Part shown: piece by piece, positions 45,917-55,219 of the stretch
Layout: the number at the start of each line of letters is the position of its first letter
Numbering within the stretch: position 1 is the first letter of the stretch
Assembly: GCA_027046625.1 (NCBI GenBank)
Contig: JALTXX010000006.1
Location: 1-56,740 of the forward strand
Reading direction: 5' to 3'
DNA from: Candidatus Micrarchaeota archaeon
GTDB taxonomy: Archaea > Iainarchaeota > Iainarchaeia > JAADDC01
Length of the DNA: 56,740 bases
The notes under the pieces: generated by a model
Database searches by the model: none
Told to the model about the DNA's origin: nothing
The model's input: only the letters and a program-made list of their open reading frames with translations
Position numbers and translations under genes: made by a program

Positions 45917-46978
45917 TTAAAAGTGATCTCTTAGGAGGATAGTAGCCAAGGCAGGAAGTGAGAATATAGCGATTCCTTGATAACCTATGTTTTCTACCAA
46001 TATACCTGCTAAAGTAGACCCGAGAAGTATGGACAGTCCTAGAGATAGCTGTACAATCCCTATGTTTAAACCAATATGGTCCATTACCCTATCTCCCACC
46101 CTTGCAAAAATAGTAGGAAGTACAATACCAAAGGCTGCTCCATAGAGGAGGAATGCCAAAGAAAGGAGGAGCGTGTTGTTCACCCATATGAGGAGATGGG
46201 AAAGCGCTATCAATACCATTCCGCACAACAGGAGAGTTCTCCTTCCTATGGCATCACTCCTTGTGGATATAAGAAGGGCTGAGGCTGCATAAACTATGTT
46301 AAACCCCGCATAGGGGATGAGGGCTGAAGTTCCGGTTATTTCTGCAGCCCTTTCTATGTATATGGCAGGAGAAATAAGGGATAAACCCACCAGAGCAGGC
46401 ACCAAAGAGAGAGACAACTTAAATTTGATGCCCTTCTCCCTTTTATGTTCTCCTACCCTAAGAAATACGAGAGGTACAAGGGTAAGGAAACCAATACCAG
46501 CAAGAATAAAGAGAGACATTTTTATAGGAAAAGTGCTTATCAAAAAATACGCTAGTATTACCCCTATAATAGCTCCTGTGGTGTCCATAGCCCTATGAAG
46601 ACCAAAAGCCCAACCCCTTTTCTCATACTCGGTAAGGATAACATCTCTTGGTGTATCCCTTATACCCTTTCCTATCCTATCTAATGCCACAAAGAGGGGA
46701 ATGAAGGACTTTTCTACTGCGGAGATAAATAACTTTGAAATGGCTGAAAGAAGGTACCCTCCTACCACAAAACCCTTTATCTTGCCAGTAACGTCGCTGA
46801 TATAGCCTGATATGGGCTTTATTATATATGCTAAACCGTTGAACAGTCCTCCCACAAACCCTACCAATATAGGATCCTTTAGATAGAGAGGTAGAATGGC
46901 GTATATACCTTCACTTGAAACATCGTTTAGAAGGGATGCAACACCTAACTTGTATACCTCTCTCTTCTCAACCTTCAT
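45917..46978 (-). CDS. MFS transporter
   Basis: About 11-12 TM segments. Start moved to M43 (ATG 46978) because the longer ORF runs into the structured RNA. Confidence 0.7.
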   Translation of the reverse strand: MKVEKREVYKLGVASLLNDVSSEGIYAILPLYLKDPILVGFVGGLFNGLAYIIKPISGYISDVTGKIKGFVVGGYLLSAISKLFISAVEKSFIPLFVALDRIGKGIRDTPRDVILTEYEKRGWAFGLHRAMDTTGAIIGVILAYFLISTFPIKMSLFILAGIGFLTLVPLVFLRVGEHKREKGIKFKLSLSLVPALVGLSLISPAIYIERAAEITGTSALIPYAGFNIVYAASALLISTRSDAIGRRTLLLCGMVLIALSHLLIWVNNTLLLSLAFLLYGAAFGIVLPTIFARVGDRVMDHIGLNIGIVQLSLGLSILLGSTLAGILVENIGYQGIAIFSLPALATILLRDHF

Positions 46979-46985
46979 GAATAGG

Positions 46986-47316
46986 AAAAAGTTGGTCTGG
47001 GCCCGGAGGAGAGGTTCCCCCCACTCCGTATCCGAGCAACGGTCCGACGCCTTTATTACCTCCTCCTTCGGGGTTAGATGCCTGCCCGGCGCAAGGACAG
47101 GCACATCCCCGATAGAGGAGGTTGCGCCCGTCGGACCTTCGGCCCTATACGGAGGCAGGGTTACCCCTCGACCCTTGGAGGGTCCCCGTTGCTTCGGAGC
47201 CGATTGAGAGCTTGTTTATTTTTCTCCCAGATGCTCTCAATCGGCCTCTGGGCCTCGGGGTTTATCCTCCAGGGCCACCGCCTCTTAGGCGGCCATCCGG
47301 TTTGCCCCCAACCACC
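46986..47316 (-). ncRNA. Unclassified structured RNA of about 330 nt, GC-rich. RNase P RNA and SRP RNA are the expected housekeeping RNAs of this size, but neither could be confirmed.
   Basis: GC-rich island between two minus-strand genes. TATA TTTATATA (plus 47337-44) lies about 24 nt upstream of the 5' end on the minus strand, and a T5 run (46986-90) marks the 3' end. End-to-end pairing GUUGGGGGC/GCCC-AGA-CCAAC and GGCCCUGGAGGA/UCCUCCGGGCC. Several hairpins, including a GUAA tetraloop. Confidence 0.7.
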
Positions 47317-47336
47317 TTTTCTAATAGCATAAGTGA

Positions 47337-47344
47337 TATATAAA
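47337..47344 (-). promoter_or_regulatory. TATA box for the structured RNA
   Basis: The minus strand reads aaaggTTTATATAtc, about 24 nt upstream of GGUGGUUGGGGG. Confidence 0.55.
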
Positions 47345-47361
47345 CCTTTCGGTTTGGTATG

Positions 47362-47739
47362 CTATGTGTTACCACTTTCCAGTAATTGGCTCCTATCTGC
47401 ATAGTTCACTGTGTACTTTGCTGGTTTTAGAGAGGAAAGAATGTATTCCCATGCCTTCCAGGGATCTGTATGTTCTCCGCACGTGTATATATCCACCGTG
47501 GCATACCTGTACTCCTTCCACGTATGAACTGCCAGATGGCTTTCTTCTACTAGTATGATGGCAGATACACCACCCTTTTCTCCTGGGATAAACCAGGATT
47601 TAGATTCTATAGGAGTAGCATTGGCCCTTTTAGCTGCTTCAAGTAGGAGAGATTCTAACCACTCTTTATCTGTGTAGGCTCGCTCCTCTCCTAGATTATA
47701 GAGGCTGCCAAACACGTGCTTTCCTATAATGGCGTCCAT
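47362..47739 (-). CDS. speH: S-adenosylmethionine decarboxylase proenzyme (pyruvoyl type, archaeal/bacterial class 1)
   Basis: GKHVFGSLY..., self-cleavage region VEESHLAVHTW, and DIYTCG. Confidence 0.85.
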   Translation of the reverse strand: MDAIIGKHVFGSLYNLGEERAYTDKEWLESLLLEAAKRANATPIESKSWFIPGEKGGVSAIILVEESHLAVHTWKEYRYATVDIYTCGEHTDPWKAWEYILSSLKPAKYTVNYADRSQLLESGNT

Positions 47740-47815
47740 ACGGAAATTCTTTCTACCTTCTTTTTAAAGAAGCAACGTATATATAGAGGAGATACATTCT
47801 CTTATAGGTGGTAAC

Positions 47816-48385
47816 ATGGCAACAACTAAGTGGGAGAAGCACAGAGACTATGTACTTTACATCTTAAGGAAAGCTAAGGAGACCATGGAGGAACACAAGA
47901 ATGCGCTGGGCGAGTATTACAGCAAAAGGATGGAAGAAATTATAAAGAATATTGAAGAGGGTAAGTTCAGACCATTTCTGGTTGAATTGGGCCCTAGAAC
48001 TATAATAAAATGGCACAGACTTCCGGGATCCCCAGTAACTCATATATCGACAGGTATAGTGCGTCATATAGGAAAGTTAGACGCGTACAGAAGTGTTCGA
48101 CTTTATGCTAGACACGGCTTTCATATACTGGGAAGATTTCCAGACCCAACAAAGGAGGGAGAATACTTAGTGGGGTATCTGGCGGTAGACTTAACATCTG
48201 ATAAGCCAAAACTTGTACAAGGTAGCCTAGGAAACATTCTAAGGGTCATAGATAGACAGGGATGGTATAACAGTGCAATATCAAGGATTCATGGCATATT
48301 GGCACCCCATCCAGAGAAAGAAAACAGGGTGATATACATTCACCTTGGTAAGAACCTCCCCAGAATTATAAAGAAGATCCTCTAA
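47816..48385 (+). CDS. Hypothetical protein (189 aa)
   Basis: ORF preceded by a tatatata box at about 47780. No motif I recognise. Confidence 0.5.
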   Translation: MATTKWEKHRDYVLYILRKAKETMEEHKNALGEYYSKRMEEIIKNIEEGKFRPFLVELGPRTIIKWHRLPGSPVTHISTGIVRHIGKLDAYRSVRLYARHGFHILGRFPDPTKEGEYLVGYLAVDLTSDKPKLVQGSLGNILRVIDRQGWYNSAISRIHGILAPHPEKENRVIYIHLGKNLPRIIKKIL

Positions 48386-51167
48386 CTATAATGGCAGGCT
48401 TAAAGGGAAGAGATGTCTTTCCCTCCACAGGGGCATCTAGAATATCCAGCGGAACACCTACACTCTCCTCTATGTAATCTTTTACTTCCTTGAGAAACTG
48501 TTTCTCCTCCTCTCTACTTCCTATAACCTCCGGTATTCTTGAAGGATCCTTCCAACCCCTCTTTATGAGGGGAACCATATCCTTTCTGTACTCCTCCGGT
48601 ACGGATCTTATGACTTCTTCCATAGGTTTTTTCCTAATAAGGGTTCTTACATTCTTTACAATGTCATACTTCCAAGGCTCCGCAATGTAGATTTCCACCT
48701 TTGTAGGCTCTTCTATTCTTGAGAGTTTTACGGCATGCCTTATATCTTCTATGAGATTTTCTACATACTCCATAAACTTCACCAGCCTTTCATCTGCTGA
48801 TACCGGAGCGGGCCAATCTGAAAGGCCTACAAAGGGCTCCTTTCCTATTCTTTCCCAGGCCTCCTCTGCAAAGTGGGGTGTTATAGGCTGTAGTATCTTT
48901 ATCCAGCTCTCTAATGTCCACGAAATAACCTCTTTATTGGGATTGTTTCTTGTTATTTGTAGATATTTTCTTACTATCCTCCACATAGTATACCATGCAT
49001 CGATAGCTGCATCCCTCAGCCTAAGCTCCTCGTATGCAGCACCTACATCTCTTATAATCTTACTAACCTCCGATTCTATCCAGCCATCCACCATAAGCTT
49101 ATTCTCCCTTCCCTTTCCATACCACTCCTCCACAAAAGACAACCACCTTGGCAACTCCTCCCGAAGTTCCTCCATCACCTCTGTTTCTATGTTCGCATCA
49201 TCCAGTACTGTATTTCCTGCAAGCGCTACCGCCATTCTAACAGGATCTGCTCCGTACTTGTCTATGGCTTCCCTTAGAAGGAGGAAGTTTCCTTTGCTTT
49301 TGCTCATCTTCTCTCCATTGAGGAGGACGTGACCAGCAGCAGACCACCTCCTTGGGTGCTTTTCTGGAAATATAAGGGCATGGTGAAATATAGTAAAAGT
49401 AACGTGATTTTGAAGGAGATCTTTTCCCACAAATCTCACATCCGTGGGGTACCAGTAGAGGAACTCCTCTCTCATGCGATTCAAAATTTCTTCCTCTATA
49501 CCTGTTCTCTCTGATATCTCTTTAATGTCTCCCTCCCCGTAGAATACCCACCTGAAGAACGCTCTGTCAAGTCGTTTGGCTATGGAATCATCCATCTGGT
49601 TAAAGTATTTAGAAAGCGTATAAAATGCCATATAAATGGTAGAATCTGATAGAGATTCGATGTATTGGTCTTTATCCCAGGGCAGTCTTGTCCCTAAGGA
49701 GGTTCTTACATCCCTTGTGAGGGGCCACTCCTTTAGCCATTCTATGGTATGAAGTACCGCATTCTTTGCCTCCTCTGGGGTGAAGTCGGTCTTCAAGGCC
49801 GCCTCCCTAGCTAGCGCTTTCCATCTTTCATCTGAGTACTTAAGGAACCATTGTTCAACAATTTTTACCACACCTTCAGCTCCACACCTACAAACTACTC
49901 GCCTTGGTAGTATCCAAATAGTTGTGGCTATACCCCTTCTCTTAAAATCCTTTATTAGTTTATCCTTTGCCTCATTTACCTTTAACCCGGCGTATGGGCC
50001 GAATATCTCTTTTAGAACACCACTATAAAACTCCTTCTTGTATACCTCTGCCGTAGCCGCATCTAACTTTTCCTTTTCTTCCTGAGAAGTGATGCCATAC
50101 TTCTCCACCACATCTTTGGCAGGAAATTCTGAATATCCTTCTAGGTCTATGAGTGATCTGGGTGGGAGGACATAATACTTCTCCTTTATCTCCTGATATG
50201 CTACCCAATCATAGGGAGCATGGGCCGGAACGCTCATAACCACACCCGTTCCGAAGGATGGATCCACAAAAGAAGCTGGTAATATAGGGACTGCCTCTCC
50301 TGTAACCGGATTTTGCACTATTTTACCTATAAGTTCTTCTCCTTTTATTTCCTCCACTATCTCAAGGGGGAGTTGGTGAGAGATGCTCTCAGACGCTTCC
50401 TTCGAGATAATCCACTCCTCATTATTTACTGAAGCTTTAACGTAGATAGCTTCTGGGTTTATCCAAAGGTTTGTAACACCGTACACAGTTTCTGGTCTAT
50501 AGGTGGCTACTGGAAAAACAACATCCCCCTTAAACTTGATCACAATAATTTCCTCCGGGTTTACACCCTCTCCTTCGGATCTATCGTGGTCAGCAATGGG
50601 TATCTCTTCCTTGGGACACCACACAACTGGGTGTTTACCCCTCTCTATAACTCCCTTATCTCTCAACTCTTCGTACTGCCAGCGTATGAATGCATCGTAG
50701 AATGGATTGAACTCGGTGGTATGGAATGTCCTCCTCCAGTCTATGGAGCTGCCGGACAGCTTCAAATCTTCTATCCATAGATTCATAAAATATGTTATCC
50801 AGTACTTAGGATCCTTGAATTTGTCTAGTTCTTCTTCCTTTACGCCCATGGATAGTAGTATGTCCCTCTGTTTTTTGTCCCCCTCTCGTAATCTTCTTGC
50901 AGCTGCAGCTATGGGTTGCCCAGTGGCATGAAATCCTTGAGGGTAGAGTACGTTAAAACCCCTCATGCGTTTGTAGCGCGCATACACATCAGGTCTTAGG
51001 AATGTGGAAAAGTAGTGGCCTATGTGGGGCCTGCCATTTACGTAGGGGTATGCTCCATTTATGAAAATCTTTGGACGGTTATCAGGATCTGCCTCAAAGA
51101 CCCTTGCTTCTTCCCAGCGTTTTTGCCATTTTCTATAAATATCCCAGAAGTGCATCACCTGCCACAA
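48366..51167 (-). CDS. leuS: Leucyl-tRNA synthetase (archaeal type)
   Basis: HIGHYFS (HIGH), KMSKSKGN (KMSKS), CP1 editing insertion. Confidence 0.9.
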   Translation of the reverse strand: MWQVMHFWDIYRKWQKRWEEARVFEADPDNRPKIFINGAYPYVNGRPHIGHYFSTFLRPDVYARYKRMRGFNVLYPQGFHATGQPIAAAARRLREGDKKQRDILLSMGVKEEELDKFKDPKYWITYFMNLWIEDLKLSGSSIDWRRTFHTTEFNPFYDAFIRWQYEELRDKGVIERGKHPVVWCPKEEIPIADHDRSEGEGVNPEEIIVIKFKGDVVFPVATYRPETVYGVTNLWINPEAIYVKASVNNEEWIISKEASESISHQLPLEIVEEIKGEELIGKIVQNPVTGEAVPILPASFVDPSFGTGVVMSVPAHAPYDWVAYQEIKEKYYVLPPRSLIDLEGYSEFPAKDVVEKYGITSQEEKEKLDAATAEVYKKEFYSGVLKEIFGPYAGLKVNEAKDKLIKDFKRRGIATTIWILPRRVVCRCGAEGVVKIVEQWFLKYSDERWKALAREAALKTDFTPEEAKNAVLHTIEWLKEWPLTRDVRTSLGTRLPWDKDQYIESLSDSTIYMAFYTLSKYFNQMDDSIAKRLDRAFFRWVFYGEGDIKEISERTGIEEEILNRMREEFLYWYPTDVRFVGKDLLQNHVTFTIFHHALIFPEKHPRRWSAAGHVLLNGEKMSKSKGNFLLLREAIDKYGADPVRMAVALAGNTVLDDANIETEVMEELREELPRWLSFVEEWYGKGRENKLMVDGWIESEVSKIIRDVGAAYEELRLRDAAIDAWYTMWRIVRKYLQITRNNPNKEVISWTLESWIKILQPITPHFAEEAWERIGKEPFVGLSDWPAPVSADERLVKFMEYVENLIEDIRHAVKLSRIEEPTKVEIYIAEPWKYDIVKNVRTLIRKKPMEEVIRSVPEEYRKDMVPLIKRGWKDPSRIPEVIGSREEEKQFLKEVKDYIEESVGVPLDILDAPVEGKTSLPFKPAIIVRGSSL

Positions 51168-51188
51168 TATTCATATCCTCCGAAACCT

Positions 51189-51950
51189 TTATAGACGCTT
51201 CAATACCTTCTTTCTCTTCTCAGCATCTATCAAAGCCTCCAACAAGTCCCCTATAGCATGTAACCTAGCATCTTCTACCTCTTCTAAATCTACAGGCCTC
51301 ATATGAACTCCCAAACTTAGCAGAGCTCTGTAGGATGATTGCTCTTTTGAGGACATTAAGCCCAAACTAGCCGATATATCTTTACCCTCGGTTAGCTCTC
51401 TCAAGAGCTTACTTAGCTTTGCTGCTTCATCAGCTTTAGCAAGTTTCTCTTGTGGGATGGCGTGTGTTATATTGAACGGTTTGTGGTAAGTAGATCTATC
51501 CTTTCTGATACTTATAGTGATAAGCTGACCCTCCCTGTACCATGGCGCGTGCTCTTCTTGGAAGAGATCTCTAAGCCATCTTTTTGATGCTCTGAGATGT
51601 CCCATGGATAGTTCTCCAAACTCATCAAGCGTAGTGCATGTAATACCCTTGGACTTTTCATCCTTGTATGGTGTACATATGGAGGCAAAATAATGTGGCT
51701 CATTTCCATAGGCTATTATGTAATTTTCCAGCCCAAAATGCTTTTTTGCCTTGGATAAATCCTGAAAGTCTACATTAAGGTCTGTATCTGTCTTCCAGTC
51801 ACCCGTAAGGGCTCCCTTAACATGATGTACATAGGTTAGGGGCAACGTTTTCTCTACGTCGCTATCCAAGATAATTCTCTTTTTCCTGAAAGTCTTCTGT
51901 CTCGCATAGAATAGAAGCCTTTCTAACTTGTCTATCATAGGATATTTCAT
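51189..51950 (-). CDS. Hypothetical 253-aa protein, last gene of the nop5-flpA operon
   Basis: ATGA-type overlap with the flpA stop. No motif I recognise. Confidence 0.55.
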   Translation of the reverse strand: MKYPMIDKLERLLFYARQKTFRKKRIILDSDVEKTLPLTYVHHVKGALTGDWKTDTDLNVDFQDLSKAKKHFGLENYIIAYGNEPHYFASICTPYKDEKSKGITCTTLDEFGELSMGHLRASKRWLRDLFQEEHAPWYREGQLITISIRKDRSTYHKPFNITHAIPQEKLAKADEAAKLSKLLRELTEGKDISASLGLMSSKEQSSYRALLSLGVHMRPVDLEEVEDARLHAIGDLLEALIDAEKRKKVLKRL

Positions 51951-52615
51951 ACCTGTCCCACCACCATGAGGTGGTCCTTCTCATAGGGTTCAAGAGGTAT
52001 TTTTTCTATCACATCAATACCATCCCTTTCCAGCTTTTTTATCTCCTCTCTAAAAACAGTGGCTGGGCTCTTTGTAACGTCTATGCTCCTTGCCTTTATG
52101 GCATAGTATACAAATCCCTTCTCAAGAAACTGTTCCACATTTTTCAGAAGGATCTTTGTTTGATCGGGGTGGGCAATATCCTGATATATGATATCTATTC
52201 TTCCAACCTCTTCCACAACATCCTTATACTCCTCTGGTTTGCCAGCATCTGCAAGCACAGGCAGTATAATGTTCCACCACTGGGATACCTCCATAAGCTT
52301 TGGCATTACCCTTGGTGCTATATCAACCCCTATTATTATCCCCTCTCTTACCACATCGGCTATATGGGATGCAGTAGTTCCCTCTGCAACTCCAAGGTAA
52401 AGAATGTTTATACCCTTTCTGAAGGCCCACGTTTTTAGTCCGTTCTTTATGGCAGCCCCTAACTTAGATCTATAAGGGTTCCATACCCTGTACTCTTTCC
52501 CTTCGATCCTTAATACCTTTTCTCCGTATACTCTTTTTCCCGGTGCCAGGCTGAGGGTAAGAATATCCTCTCCGAGACCCCACACCCCATAAAGAAGAGG
52601 CCTTAACGCCTCCAT
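51947..52615 (-). CDS. flpA: Fibrillarin (rRNA/tRNA 2'-O-methyltransferase)
   Basis: VWNPYRSKLGAAI.NGL, ILYLGVAEGTTASHIADV, IIYQDIAHPDQ. Confidence 0.9.
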   Translation of the reverse strand: MEALRPLLYGVWGLGEDILTLSLAPGKRVYGEKVLRIEGKEYRVWNPYRSKLGAAIKNGLKTWAFRKGINILYLGVAEGTTASHIADVVREGIIIGVDIAPRVMPKLMEVSQWWNIILPVLADAGKPEEYKDVVEEVGRIDIIYQDIAHPDQTKILLKNVEQFLEKGFVYYAIKARSIDVTKSPATVFREEIKKLERDGIDVIEKIPLEPYEKDHLMVVGQV

Positions 52616-53430
52616 TTCCTTCCACCCTTTTTCCCTTTGGGAGGCTCTGGATATTTTTCCTTTATCTCTCTTATTCTTTCTTCCATCTCTTTCTTTAGCT
52701 CATCTCCTATATATTTTCCACCAAAGTAATCTTCCCTTGCAGCTATAGCTAGTTTTGCAGCCAGTGTTCGTGCTATTTTACCCCTTTGCCATTTCTTGGC
52801 GTTTCTTACCCAGGGATGCTGAAAGAGAATTCCATGTTTGGGTGGCCTAGTTCCCTTGGTTAGATGTCTGAATAATGCCTTCTCTGCACCCAAAACCTGA
52901 ATGGTAGATGCAGGAAGGGATGCAAGCTTCTTTAGCCCTCCTGCCTTTGCTATAAGTTTAGCTCCTAGTATTGGGCCCGCCAAAGCCTTTACATTAGGAG
53001 CAAGCCTTTCCATTTCATTTTCTACATACTTAGAAAGCTCTTCTCTGTATTTCTTTATTCTAAGAGCTATGTCTGCCAGCTCTTTAATCTGCGCATAATC
53101 CTCCTCCCTCATAGGACTACCAGATGAGCTGGATGCTAATGTAGCTATTTCTCCTGTAGCCTTCTCCTTAAATCCTACCTCAGAGACAAACCTCAGAAAT
53201 TCTATATGATCCTTTAGCTTTGTGTTCAGCTCTGGGAAGTGTATAGAGTACCACTCTCTGACTCGGGCAACAAGAAGGTTAAAAACATTGTCAAGGTCTT
53301 CAAGGGTTTCTACAGCCTGTATAAGGTACCTGTCCTTCTCCGTAAGGGCTTCCGTAAGCCTCTTCTTTGTTTTTTCCAGCACCTTTTTCCTCAATGCTTC
53401 TATGCTTGCCATAAAGGTATTTTGGATCAT
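52603..53430 (-). CDS. nop5: Nop5 (Nop56/58) C/D RNP core protein, short form (275 aa) without the N-terminal fibrillarin-binding domain
   Basis: LLVARVREWYSIHFPEL, APNVKALAGPILGAKLIAKAGGL, IQVLGAEKALFRHL..G.RPPKHG and a K-rich tail. WYSIHFPEL is at residue 60-68 here, versus about 165 as I recall in Pyrococcus Nop5. Confidence 0.85.
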   Translation of the reverse strand: MIQNTFMASIEALRKKVLEKTKKRLTEALTEKDRYLIQAVETLEDLDNVFNLLVARVREWYSIHFPELNTKLKDHIEFLRFVSEVGFKEKATGEIATLASSSSGSPMREEDYAQIKELADIALRIKKYREELSKYVENEMERLAPNVKALAGPILGAKLIAKAGGLKKLASLPASTIQVLGAEKALFRHLTKGTRPPKHGILFQHPWVRNAKKWQRGKIARTLAAKLAIAAREDYFGGKYIGDELKKEMEERIREIKEKYPEPPKGKKGGRKWRR

Positions 53431-53435
53431 TAGCT

Positions 53436-54554
53436 TTAAATGATCCTATCTCTGAAACGCTCCCATACCCTAAAAGCATGGGATAGTTGAGGATATTTGC
53501 GAGGATATAGTATATTTCCATTTTTAACAAGGAGTTTTAGCCTGAATAAATGTGGTGCAAAGATAAATGTGTTTATAAGATGCTTTCCTCTCTCTCTAAT
53601 AGGATAAAGAGGCTCCCATACAGCCCAACCATCATCAAAAACCCTGTCTATTATGTCTATATGGAAAGGTTCTGCATCCCAGTACCTATCTCTTGCAGAG
53701 AGTAGGGCAAACCTGATATCATCCCTAATGCTTTGTCCATCGTTTGTTACGGGAGAATCCGTTCCTATGTATACGGGGATACTTCTTTCCAACGCCTCCT
53801 TCCACGGGAAGAATCCGTGTGTAGCAAGCTTATGGTTAGATACTGGTGTGTGTACAAGAGATCCGCCTTCCATGGAGATCAGATCAAGCTCTCCCTTAGT
53901 TATCCATCCTGCATGAACCAACATTGTGTTATCCCTTAGTAGCCCCCATCTGTGCAAAACCCTCACCGGATAGTCTCCGTACATCTCTTTTACCCGTAGA
54001 ACCTCTTCCTTCGTCTCTGATACGTGCACCTGAAGAGGAAGCCTGAGTTCCCTCATCTCAAGGAACCGCTCCTTTGGAATGGTGTACAGGGAGTGTGCGT
54101 AAAGGGTTGGTTCCACATCGGATGGTTTACGTTTCATAAATCTCTCGAGAAGGGAAATAACATCCTTATCTGACTCCTCCTGTGATACAGGTCCAAGATG
54201 AAGTGTGGTTCCTAGCGTATCCTCTACGAGCCAGTACTTTTTGTACATGGAATAGATGCGAGTGTTGCCCATTAGGATATTTTCGTATATACCTAACGTG
54301 TAGCCTGCTCGTATCTCTTTTCTCCTCATGAGAGATTCTATTTCTTGAATTTCTCTTAGCCAATCCCAGAAGTTTCTGGCTTCCACTATTCCTCTAAGAA
54401 GGATCATGGGGAGATGGGTATGAGCATTCACAAAAGAGGGTGTAAGTATGAACCTTCCCTCAAGCTCCATATCATCCCCTTCGATCAGTACTTCCTTTAC
54501 TTCCCTTATATCTTCATTCCAGACGGTTATATCCCCTTTAATGCTTATCAACAA
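53436..54554 (-). CDS. Amidohydrolase-superfamily deaminase (MTA/SAH/5'-deoxyadenosine deaminase-like)
   Basis: FVNAHTHLPM, HVSET, and the metal-ligand pattern of the TRZ/ATZ family. Confidence 0.65.
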   Translation of the reverse strand: MLISIKGDITVWNEDIREVKEVLIEGDDMELEGRFILTPSFVNAHTHLPMILLRGIVEARNFWDWLREIQEIESLMRRKEIRAGYTLGIYENILMGNTRIYSMYKKYWLVEDTLGTTLHLGPVSQEESDKDVISLLERFMKRKPSDVEPTLYAHSLYTIPKERFLEMRELRLPLQVHVSETKEEVLRVKEMYGDYPVRVLHRWGLLRDNTMLVHAGWITKGELDLISMEGGSLVHTPVSNHKLATHGFFPWKEALERSIPVYIGTDSPVTNDGQSIRDDIRFALLSARDRYWDAEPFHIDIIDRVFDDGWAVWEPLYPIRERGKHLINTFIFAPHLFRLKLLVKNGNILYPRKYPQLSHAFRVWERFRDRII

Positions 54555-55170
54555 GTTTCACCTCCTCTATCAAATAGTCTTTTCCTTGTATTTTTCCCTT
54601 TACGGATAGTCTATATCTGTATAGAGGTGAATCCACCACAAAACTCTCATACTCTCCACCCTCCCCTGCAGGATGGGCACCTATCTCTTCAAGATCGCCC
54701 AAGAAGGTTTCCACATTATTTGGGTTTATCTCCTTCCCTAACCAGCGCTCCATACCCTCTGCTCCCACGGAGGTAACTATAAATCGGAACCCGTCCTCTA
54801 CCATCTTCCTTACATACCTCTCCGGCCTAAGGTGCCAGAGTGGGCTGTAAACTCTGAGACCATTCTTGCTGGCTGCCCATACAAACCTAAGACGCTGATA
54901 GTCTGAAGCAAGAGCGCCCACAGAAATCCATTCCACACCTTTTGCTAATTCACCTATCCTCTCGATTTCACCTCGTAATATCTTAACTTGCATGTTCATA
55001 GCCTTTCCAATGTAGTTTACCCACCTTACGTTGGGAATGTGGAGCAACATACTGTCCTCTGGGGGTAGGAGAGCCCCTAAAAATTTTATATGAAAAGAAT
55101 GTAAGTAGGACAGAAATACCGCATAGAGGGAATCCTTCCCTCCTGATATGAGACCCATAAGGGTACGCAT
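54538..55170 (-). CDS. PP-loop ATP pyrophosphatase, MJ0570/Dph6 (diphthine-ammonia ligase)-like
   Basis: LISGGKDS PP-loop at the N-terminus, about 210 aa. Confidence 0.65.
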   Translation of the reverse strand: MRTLMGLISGGKDSLYAVFLSYLHSFHIKFLGALLPPEDSMLLHIPNVRWVNYIGKAMNMQVKILRGEIERIGELAKGVEWISVGALASDYQRLRFVWAASKNGLRVYSPLWHLRPERYVRKMVEDGFRFIVTSVGAEGMERWLGKEINPNNVETFLGDLEEIGAHPAGEGGEYESFVVDSPLYRYRLSVKGKIQGKDYLIEEVKLVDKH

Positions 55171-55219
55171 GATAGAAGGTGGATGAGTGTTTATTTAGAT
55201 TTTCCTTCTCAAGCATAGC

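Noticed and set aside
46986-47316. Plus-strand orientation for the structured RNA, and a firm SRP RNA or RNase P RNA label
   Set aside because: Only the minus strand has a correctly spaced TATA box and a 3' T-run. The SRP helix-8 consensus and the RNase P CR-I/CR-V consensus are not matched well enough to name it without a covariance-model search.
46896-47343. The 42-codon N-terminal extension of the MFS ORF (up to 47104) and plus-strand ORFs 46896..47207, 47078..47332 and 47122..47343
   Set aside because: All lie in the GC-rich structured-RNA region. Their Pro/Arg/Gly-rich translations are typical of non-coding GC-rich sequence. The MFS protein has a sensible start at M43 (46978), right before its first TM segment.
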